Virus record (IMG/VR): IMGVR_UViG_3300045988_073130
Location: 64,069 to 96,068 of that record
Strand: one strand, 5' to 3'
Origin: a virus
DNA: 32,000 nt
Shown here: one piece after another, positions 25,536 through 32,000 of the stretch
Position numbering within the stretch: position 1 is the first letter of the stretch
How the letters are laid out: every line of letters begins with the position of its first letter
Made by a program: the position numbers and the translations under genes
Notes under the pieces: model-generated
The model's database searches: none
What the model was told of the DNA's origin: nothing
Seen by the model: the letters and a program-made list of their open reading frames with translations, nothing else

Positions 25536-25844
25536 ATGAGCGTTAGCTATTTTACTAAAATCGTCTATGGAGTTCGTCTTGAAAATGACGAAATCAATGT
25601 CTTAAATCAGAAGGATGATGAATTTTGTGATAAAAATTGCGATTTTATTCACAGAGCTAACTACTATGATAATGATGAAGATATTGTAATTGGTATTCAA
25701 GTAGGCGATGACGTTGAAGAAGGGACAATTAGAGAAATCACTTTCTCTAATAACAATCTTGAAACCAGTGAACTTAAAAACATTTTGGGCGCGTTAAACA
25801 TTACGCGAGAACCTAAATGGTATGTAGTCCATTGTGTTTTGTAA
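25536..25844 (+). CDS. Hypothetical acidic protein (102 aa)
   Basis: Track ORF; promoter TTTGCA-N18-TATAAT; GGAAAGGAG RBS. Confidence 0.6.
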   Translation: MSVSYFTKIVYGVRLENDEINVLNQKDDEFCDKNCDFIHRANYYDNDEDIVIGIQVGDDVEEGTIREITFSNNNLETSELKNILGALNITREPKWYVVHCVL

Positions 25845-25926
25845 ATTACAAGAAATTTTCTTGACTTTACTCAAAAAATATCATATAATATAAATACAAT
25901 AAAACAAGAGAGGAATTGATTAAATT

Positions 25927-26367
25927 ATGTCTAACACTGTAAAGAAGCCCACAAAGAAAGCCAATTATAATGCTATTTTGAGCATTTTGTCTGTCGCTGA
26001 GAACGAGGGTCTTGTCCTCGAGTCCAGTGAAATTACTTATGATAGTCTGCGCGAGTTCGTCGAGCACGAGGTCGAGTTGCTTGACAATAAGGCTGCTGCT
26101 GCCGCTAAGAGAGCTGCTGCTAAGAAGGTCGAGGGAGATGCTCTTCGCGAGAAGATTTATGAAGTCCTTGGTGATGAGCCTATGACTATCAATGATATTG
26201 TAAAGGCTTTGAACGACGAGGACATTTCTGCTCAGATGGTTACTGCTCGTCTAACCCAGCTTGCTTCTCCTGAGGTCAATCGTGTTGCTAAGGAGACCGT
26301 AAGTGTTCCTGCTTCCACTGAGGGTGGAAAGTCTAAGAAGCTCTCTGCTTACCGCAGAATTGGCTAA
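25927..26367 (+). CDS. Putative winged-helix DNA-binding protein (146 aa), paralog of 16138..16539
   Basis: Track ORF. Contains VEHEVELLDNK, an Ala/Lys-rich linker, and a C-terminal MTINDIVKAL...AQMVTARLTQL segment. Confidence 0.5.
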   Translation: MSNTVKKPTKKANYNAILSILSVAENEGLVLESSEITYDSLREFVEHEVELLDNKAAAAAKRAAAKKVEGDALREKIYEVLGDEPMTINDIVKALNDEDISAQMVTARLTQLASPEVNRVAKETVSVPASTEGGKSKKLSAYRRIG

Positions 26368-26522
26368 TTAAAACCTTTAGAAAGGTATCTACGAAAAGTA
26401 GATACCTTTCTTTTTAGCCATACTTTAGTACAAATTGCAAATCCAGAAGGGCCACCTGGAAAATTCATAATATGAAATGCCGCGAATAATATTACGCAAA
26501 TAGCGATAATAATAAAAACCAC
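26349..26522 (-). CDS. Small hydrophobic peptide (57 aa if TAG is read through, 52 aa to the TAG)
   Basis: GTG at 26522 lies 8 nt after AAGGAG and downstream of a perfect minus-strand promoter. Translation VVFIIIAICVILFAAFHIMNFPGGPSGFAICTKVWLKRK... The 3' end overlaps the stop region of 25927..26367. Confidence 0.4.
26380..26416. terminator. 13-bp hairpin between convergent transcripts
   Basis: GAAAGGTATCTAC pairs with GTAGATACCTTTC, with TTTTT on the plus strand. Confidence 0.7.
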
Positions 26523-26552
26523 AGTTAAAACTCCTTTTTTATTTATATATTT

Positions 26553-26631
26553 ATTATAACAAAAACAAAAGGATGTGTCAATTTGGCATTTTCATCTCAA
26601 GATTGACGGATTTTTTATTATATGCTATAAT
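26553..26631. promoter_or_regulatory. Back-to-back consensus promoters
   Basis: Minus strand: TTGACA (complement of 26576-26581), N17, TATAAT (complement of 26553-26558). Plus strand: TTGACG (26603-26608), N17, TATAAT (26626-26631). Confidence 0.7.
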
Positions 26632-26660
26632 AAATATATAAATAAAGGAGGGCTTATTTA

Positions 26661-27437
26661 ATGATATTTAGTGTAAATTATCATTCCAGCAATATAAAAA
26701 TGGCTGGAGAGATACGTTGCCCCTACAATCAATTAGGAACAATCATTAAATTTCTTAAAGAAAATCCAAATAAAAGGTGTAATATAATTATTCCAGATGA
26801 ATTAACTCAGGTGCAATTAACAAGATTGGCTGAGCAGGTTGAGATAATTAAAACAATAGCAAATGATTACACTATTCAATGCGGAAACATATATCAATTA
26901 AATGATTTAAAAGATATGGGATATAATAGATATTTGCGGTTCCCGGTTACTGATTGGGAAACTTTTCAAGAATTGCGGGAGGCCAAGATTAGTGACATCT
27001 ATATAGATGGACCACTAGGATTTCAAATGGAGTTATTAGAAAAGGTTAAAGGAGATATTAAGATAAGAGTATCACCCACCATTTCCCCTAATGTCTCCCT
27101 ATCCGCAGAAAGAAAACCTTCAAGTTTTTTTATTCGCCCGGAGGATCTCCATTTATATTCTGCTATTGATGTAATAGATTTTAAGCAACCTAATTTAGAA
27201 AAAGAAGATACTTTGTTTAATATCTATAATAGAGGTTCATTTAATTATGATATAAATCTTCTTATTGATGGCTTACCGGCAAGAAATAATCTAACATTTA
27301 AAGAAACATTTGCAAAAACTCGTTTAAACTGTGGGCAAAAATGTAATATACCCGGTCATTCTTGTCATTATTGTGATACTTATTTTTCAGTAATCTCGCA
27401 TTTCCATGAACTTGCTAGACTTAGCAAAAAGAAATAA
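26661..27437 (+). CDS. Hypothetical protein (258 aa) with C-terminal Cys/His cluster
   Basis: Track ORF; AAAGGAGGG RBS. The C-terminus reads CGQKCNIPGHSCHYCDTYF. No family recognised. Confidence 0.6.
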   Translation: MIFSVNYHSSNIKMAGEIRCPYNQLGTIIKFLKENPNKRCNIIIPDELTQVQLTRLAEQVEIIKTIANDYTIQCGNIYQLNDLKDMGYNRYLRFPVTDWETFQELREAKISDIYIDGPLGFQMELLEKVKGDIKIRVSPTISPNVSLSAERKPSSFFIRPEDLHLYSAIDVIDFKQPNLEKEDTLFNIYNRGSFNYDINLLIDGLPARNNLTFKETFAKTRLNCGQKCNIPGHSCHYCDTYFSVISHFHELARLSKKK

Positions 27438-27502
27438 TTAGATTTTATTATTTTTATATATTATAATATTATTATAAAGATAATAAAAGGAGTGTTTCTA
27501 AA

Positions 27503-28216
27503 GTGAAATGGTCGGAAATTCTTCCTCAAGAGGCACTGGATTTAAGTGTTCAACTTGAAAATCATGCTTTAGAAGAGCGCTCTAAAGGAAAGATTTTATT
27601 TCCAGAATAGGATAAAATCTTTAGAGCGCTTAATCTTACGCATCCAGAAGATGTAAAAGTTTGTATTGTAGGACAAGACCCGTATCATACCCCAGGCGCA
27701 GCAAACGGGTTAGCATTTTCTATTTCTGATGGGAGCCCCATTCAACCATCTTTAAGAAATATTTTTAGCGAACTTAATAGCGATTTAGGGATTCCAATTC
27801 CGCAGTCTGGAGATTTAACATCTTGGGCAGAAAGAGGAGTATTGCTTCTTAATGCAAGTTTAACTGTCTATGAACATCAAGCCAATAGCTGCGTTAATTG
27901 GGGATGGAGTAGGTTTACGACAGCGGTGCTGAAAGCCGCAACCCAGTTGGCACAACCTATTGTTTTTATGCTGTGGGGAGCTAATGCTCAAAATTTATTA
28001 AAAGATTTAAATTCTAGTCCTATGGTATGGGATGGACCTGGAGTTGCCAGAGAGAATTTAATTAAGAAGGCTTATATTTTATCTTCCCATCCAAGTCCTT
28101 TTAGTGTAAGTAAACCATGCAAAGGAACTCCTGCGTTTAAAGGTAGTAAACCGTTTTCAACAGCAAATAATTTACTGCTTTCTATGGGTGGAGAACCGAT
28201 TGATTGGAGTTTATAA
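27503..28216 (+). CDS. ung: Uracil-DNA glycosylase (family 1) with 1 in-frame TAG
   Basis: GTG follows AAAGGAG. Motifs seen: VKVCIVGQDPYH, GLAFS, LLLNASLTV, SSHPSPFS. TAG at 27608-27610 (codon 36) aligns with the Gln in the E. coli Ung segment IYPPQKDVF, as I recall that sequence. Confidence 0.85.
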
Positions 28217-28237
28217 GATGGGAGATATAATGTATAG

Positions 28238-29542
28238 ATGATAGAATTACAGAAGTTACAAAATGATTTTGAATCTGTACTTGTTCATTCTCAAGATTAT
28301 CCATTTTATCTCGATTCAAAAAATTTAATCGAACAATGGGCAGAAGCGAAAAAAGATATAATAAATCTTTTTGGCGGAGAATTGATATTAAGAAGCAAGG
28401 AACCAATTAAAATTCTTTTGACAGAAGAGCAGAAGAATAAAAGATTTGAAGAGTTTATTCAAGCTCTTGATGAAAACGGAATCTTAACTACTGATCTCGA
28501 ATTATTTTTGAGAGATAATAAAGGAGGATTTTTTGATAACAGAGTTTTATTACCATATCCTTCTTTTAATATTCCACTAGGTTCTAAATTATCCAAATCT
28601 TTTAAGCGATTTATTAATAGTCAAGAGATTGTTAGATGGGCACAAGATACTGCTTCAAGATATATGCAAGAAAATAAAATAGAAGGATATTTATATCTTT
28701 CTATTCATCCTCTTGATTTCTTAACTATTTCAGAAAACAATGAAAATTGGTGGTCATGTCAGTCTCTTGATGGAGATTATAGAAGTGGAAATCTTAGTTA
28801 TTTAGTAGATAAAACAACTATTGTTGCTTATTTATCTAATGGTAAACAAGAGCATCTAAAATGTCTTCCATTAGGAATGAAATGGAATAGCAAAAAATGG
28901 AGAATGTTAGTCCATACAGATGGTATCAGAAATATTTATTATAATAGACAATATCCATATGAATCAAGAGATTTACTCGCTTGTGTACATAATATGTTAC
29001 TTAAATTGATTAAATTTGATATGTCTCTTCCTCTTGATTATGGATTTAAAGTAATCCAAACTCAATGGGGTAGTGAGCAACTTATATATAATCAAATAAA
29101 TGCAGGTGGACGTATTCATGATACGAGAGATGTAATTGATATGAGTGATTATTTAGGATATTCCGATTTAGTTATTTCTAGTACATACGCACCGATTATA
29201 TCAGTGAATAATGGAAAGTATGAGGATTATACAAAGCATTTAGATCAAAATAAATATGTGGAAGAACTATATTTTAATGATGTTTTTCAAATTAAAATTG
29301 GTGAAAGACCAATTTGCCCCTGTTGTGGAACAGAACATATAAATAGAGAAGATTCATTTTTATGTAATTTCTGCATATCAGAGAAAGAGGCAGATGAAGA
29401 TTTCTTCTTGACTTGTAATAGTTGTTATCGTAGAATATATGATGAAGATAAAATTTATTGGATGGATGGTAGGCCGTATTGTAAGACTTGCCATAATCTA
29501 ATGAAACAAGAGGATAGATTAATCGAGGAGGACGATGAATAA
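28238..29542 (+). CDS. Hypothetical protein (434 aa) with C-terminal double zinc ribbon
   Basis: Track ORF. Contains CPCCG...CNFC and CNSC...CKTC, and a central SIHPLDFLTISENNENWWSCQS motif. Confidence 0.6.
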   Translation: MIELQKLQNDFESVLVHSQDYPFYLDSKNLIEQWAEAKKDIINLFGGELILRSKEPIKILLTEEQKNKRFEEFIQALDENGILTTDLELFLRDNKGGFFDNRVLLPYPSFNIPLGSKLSKSFKRFINSQEIVRWAQDTASRYMQENKIEGYLYLSIHPLDFLTISENNENWWSCQSLDGDYRSGNLSYLVDKTTIVAYLSNGKQEHLKCLPLGMKWNSKKWRMLVHTDGIRNIYYNRQYPYESRDLLACVHNMLLKLIKFDMSLPLDYGFKVIQTQWGSEQLIYNQINAGGRIHDTRDVIDMSDYLGYSDLVISSTYAPIISVNNGKYEDYTKHLDQNKYVEELYFNDVFQIKIGERPICPCCGTEHINREDSFLCNFCISEKEADEDFFLTCNSCYRRIYDEDKIYWMDGRPYCKTCHNLMKQEDRLIEEDDE

Positions 29543-29850
29543 TGGCAGTTAGACGAGGAGATGCCGCGAAAGACCTAATTACAAAGACAATTCTTTCAAC
29601 ATTTGAAGGCTCTTTTGTTTCGGATAAAAAGATTTACATTTCAGTAAAAGATGGAGCGAGTGGAGAAGTTGTTCAGATTGCTGTATCACTTACAATGCCT
29701 AAGACACCGATTGCGGGCGGAGGAGATAGTACGCTCTCTACATCAAGTTCTGATACTCCATCCGCAAATAGTTTTACTCCAACTGAGTTGGCTCCAGAGG
29801 ATAAAGCTAAGATTGAGGAACTTAAAGTCAAGTTGGGAATTACTGATTAA
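29542..29850 (+). CDS. Hypothetical protein (102 aa) with Ser/Thr/Pro-rich linker
   Basis: The start overlaps the previous stop (TAATG). Track ORF. Confidence 0.55.
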   Translation: MAVRRGDAAKDLITKTILSTFEGSFVSDKKIYISVKDGASGEVVQIAVSLTMPKTPIAGGGDSTLSTSSSDTPSANSFTPTELAPEDKAKIEELKVKLGITD

Positions 29851-29921
29851 AAATTTTGGGTATGGGTAATTAAGATATTTAATATAAAGTTTAATAATAG
29901 TACAAACTTCCTTACTAAAAG

Positions 29922-29962
29922 GGAAGCGTAAGAGAAATATTTTCTAGAACTTACGCTTCCTT
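29922..29962 (+). terminator. 11-bp hairpin, probable terminator
   Basis: GGAAGCGTAAG pairs with CTTACGCTTCC. An alternative small hairpin lies at 29907-29926. Confidence 0.55.
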
Positions 29963-30051
29963 GAAAAATAAAAAAAATTATTATATAATATATATAGAAA
30001 GTGAGAGAAAACTCAACTTTCTAATAAAAATTAAACGAAAGGAGCTGACTT

Positions 30052-30309
30052 ATGAGCAGCCTTGAAGTAAGCGCAAATTCTTTTCTTCGTGCGCTAACGA
30101 TTTATGTAGACACTCCCAGCAGCGACACAAAATTTCAGTTGCAGCGCCGTGCGAATGACTTTGTCAGAGCGGTTATTGAGCATGAGAACACCATAGAGCA
30201 GCGCGTCACCGATAACGTGCTGAAAGCCTTATCTGTCCAATTTGAAACAGGTGACGCCATCAAGCAAATTGACTGTCTAAAGAGCGCCCTTGACCGTTTG
30301 GGGGAGTAA
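30052..30309 (+). CDS. Hypothetical protein (85 aa), first gene of the GC-richer module
   Basis: Track ORF. TTGAAA-N17-TATAAT promoter with the ATATATAGAAAG leader at about 29962-30010. AAAGGAG RBS. Confidence 0.6.
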   Translation: MSSLEVSANSFLRALTIYVDTPSSDTKFQLQRRANDFVRAVIEHENTIEQRVTDNVLKALSVQFETGDAIKQIDCLKSALDRLGE

Positions 30310-30313
30310 CGCC

Positions 30314-30814
30314 GTGCCGAATACTGTACCCAATCAAAGAGTTGTCGCCATTCACCGCGAACACGCCTCGTCCGACTTCCTCGGCATCAAAAATGAGCAT
30401 TGGCAAGCGGCGGCACGCGATTTGGGCGCACACGCGCTCATGCTCTACCTCTATTTCGCATCCAACGCAAACGGCTACGTGTTAGCGTTGTCTCCCGCCG
30501 CCATCCGTCAGGCGGTTGGAATGGCGGCATCCACCTACCGCGACCAATTTTTGAAGCTCGTTGACAAAGGTTATCTTGTTCAGCGCGGCAGCGGCAATAC
30601 ATACGATTTCTATGAAACGCCGCAGCGGGAGACGCGTTTACACAATGAGAATACGCCTGTTGGCCTTGACTTTACGGCAGCCGTCCAGAAGCAAACGCAA
30701 GCCGTTCAGAATGGAACGCCTGAGGATATAGAAATAAATATAAATAATACAAATATAAAAAATACGGGCGTGGAGAAACAAGTTTCTCCAACGCCATCCG
30801 AATTTTATTTTTAA
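30314..30814 (+). CDS. Winged-helix DNA-binding protein (166 aa), paralog of 20328..20717
   Basis: GTG lies 7 nt after GGGGAG and after the upstream TAA. The similarity is described under 20328..20717. Confidence 0.55.
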   Translation: MPNTVPNQRVVAIHREHASSDFLGIKNEHWQAAARDLGAHALMLYLYFASNANGYVLALSPAAIRQAVGMAASTYRDQFLKLVDKGYLVQRGSGNTYDFYETPQRETRLHNENTPVGLDFTAAVQKQTQAVQNGTPEDIEININNTNIKNTGVEKQVSPTPSEFYF

Positions 30815-30824
30815 GGAGAAAAAC

Positions 30825-31037
30825 ATGTCCAAGAGTAAGAAAATGACCATTGAAGAAATGGTCAATTGTTTCCGCATTATGTTCAGTTAGGCAGTTGCAG
30901 AGCGTTCCCAAGACTACGGTGTTGTGATGGAAGAAGCGTATAACCTTTGGGCGCTGCTGTATTATGACCTTGGTATTGAATACCCACCCTACGACCTACC
31001 GCAGGGACACAGCAAAAATGAACCTTTCGTTTTTTGA
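30825..31037 (+). CDS. Hypothetical protein (70 aa) with 1 in-frame TAG
   Basis: ATG follows AAGGAGA. TAG at codon 22 (MFS-Q-AVAERS). TGA stop at 31035-31037. Confidence 0.45.
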
Positions 31038-31470
31038 GCAGCGGATTTATCAATCCTTAAAGCGCAAAGGGCTAGCACCGCAATTCGAGCGGGCGGGCAT
31101 TTACGCTATCCTGTTGGACGGAAAGACTGTCTATATCGGAAAAAGCGTCAATATGCTCGCGCGCATGGCGCAGCACTATGCGTAGCTCTCCCGTCCAAAA
31201 GCACACAAATATGAAATACTGGCGGAAGCATCGCGGCGCGGCCATCGCATACGCTTTTGCGTTCTGTATGCCGCTCGCAGCACGACGCCCGCCGCAATTG
31301 AAGAAGAAATAGGCGAGAAAGAGGGCGAGTTCATCCGCCGCCATCTCCCGCCGCTCAATTATCAGATTCCAAAGGTGGAAAACTGGCGATAGTTCACCAC
31401 CAATCCCGCCGCACTCACAATTACATTAGGAGAAATTATAAAGGAGCATTACGATGACTCAAAACTATAA
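31018..31470 (+). CDS. GIY-YIG nuclease-domain protein (150 aa) with 2 in-frame TAG
   Basis: Contains AGIYAILLDGKTVYIGKSVNMLARMAQH, i.e. GIY..(10)..YIG then R..H. TAGs at 31183 and 31390. TAA stop at 31468-31470. The second TAG could alternatively be the real end. Confidence 0.5.
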
Positions 31471-31504
31471 TAACAATTTAACTTTATTAAAAGGAGAAAC
31501 TACT

Positions 31505-31690
31505 ATGAACGTATTTCATTTAAGCAAGAAGCAAATTAAAATTTTAAAGGGTATGTACCTGTCTGAAATGCAGCCCGATATTTCATGGGGCGAACTTGCC
31601 AATGCAGACAAAATCGTGTCAGACAAAGAAATCTATGAGCACTATGCGAATACTGACTTCTGCGACGAAGATTTCGAGGTAGGAATGTAA
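31505..31690 (+). CDS. Hypothetical protein (61 aa)
   Basis: ATG follows AAAGGAGA; the track start at 31454 has a weaker context. TAA stop. Confidence 0.5.
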   Translation: MNVFHLSKKQIKILKGMYLSEMQPDISWGELANADKIVSDKEIYEHYANTDFCDEDFEVGM

Positions 31691-31696
31691 ACAATC

Positions 31697-31728
31697 GGGA
31701 GAGCTGCATAAAATGCGGCTCTCCCTTT
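31697..31728 (+). terminator. Hairpin, probable terminator
   Basis: GGGAGAGC pairs with GCTCTCCC, followed by TTTG. Confidence 0.55.
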
Positions 31729-31817
31729 GCTATTGCGCTATCAGCGGGCAATTCGAATCAATCCAAAAGCATACTGTTTCAATAATGATGAAAATGAAAC
31801 TAAAAGGAGATACCCCT

Positions 31818-32000
31818 ATGAATACAGATATGACGAACCTTTACAGATCACGCGGAATGATACCCAATCGCTATTGGTATCAACTGAACGGGCAATCCGC
31901 ACAGGCGAATTGGTTGGAGCAACGCGAGGCGATATATTCCCGCATTCAGGAGCAGGAAGAAGAGGTCGTCCCCCAGATCATCTTTACAAGCGAGGTGAAG
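31818..32000 (+). CDS. Hypothetical protein, 5' part only (runs off the window)
   Basis: ATG lies 8 nt after AAAGGAGA. The frame is open to the window end (61 codons). Confidence 0.45.
   Translation, partial: MNTDMTNLYRSRGMIPNRYWYQLNGQSAQANWLEQREAIYSRIQEQEEEVVPQIIFTSEVK

Noticed and set aside
29651-29869. 72-aa overlapping plus-strand ORF
   Set aside because: It lies entirely inside 29542..29850 in another frame. It has no RBS and is Arg/Leu-rich, as expected for an off-frame translation.
1-32000. Alternative recoding of TGA or TAA
   Set aside because: Genes terminate cleanly on TAA (most) or TGA (e.g. terL, 5737..6783, 11175..11477, 24806..25288). No recognisable domain needs read-through of either codon.

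Overview
This window is a segment of a tailed-phage genome. Its expression signals look Firmicutes-like: GGAGG-type ribosome-binding sites and TTGACA-N17-TATAAT promoters. The main result is that TAG is not a stop codon here. The fragmented ORFs at 1-6.8 kb on the minus strand join across in-frame TAGs into full-length packaging and head genes: a zinc-ribbon leader protein, a TerS-like protein, TerL, a small nuclease, portal, and a scaffold/protease-like protein. folD, ung and several small regulators on either strand also carry in-frame TAGs. Every gene end I checked (more than 45) is TAA or TGA, never TAG. Where I can align from memory, TAG falls on Gln, as in genetic code 15. TAG is dense in the packaging/head operon, about 1 per 40 codons, and almost absent from the roughly 45 small early-type genes.

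Layout:
- 1-6.8 kb (-): packaging and head operon.
- 6.8-10.1 kb (+): auxiliary genes, including folD, a PARG-like macrodomain and Pth2.
- 10.1-18.4 kb (+): short gene cassettes separated by a repeated regulatory module (GC hairpin, TTGCACAA/TTGTGCAA inverted repeat, promoter).
- 18.4-19.1 kb: ORF-free region rich in the palindrome CCGATCGG.
- 19.8-21.1 kb (-): four-gene regulatory cluster (RHH, DUF5659-like, winged-helix, coiled-coil), flanked by an array of about 29-bp palindromes and by 22-bp tandem operators.
- 21.4-30 kb (+): mono- or bicistronic cassettes plus an ung operon.
- 30.05-32 kb (+): visibly GC-richer module that also uses TAG as a sense codon.

No tRNA, rRNA, CRISPR array, integrase or transposase was recognised. 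All homology calls come from motif recognition and memory, not from searches. Coordinates of recoded genes were derived by hand translation.
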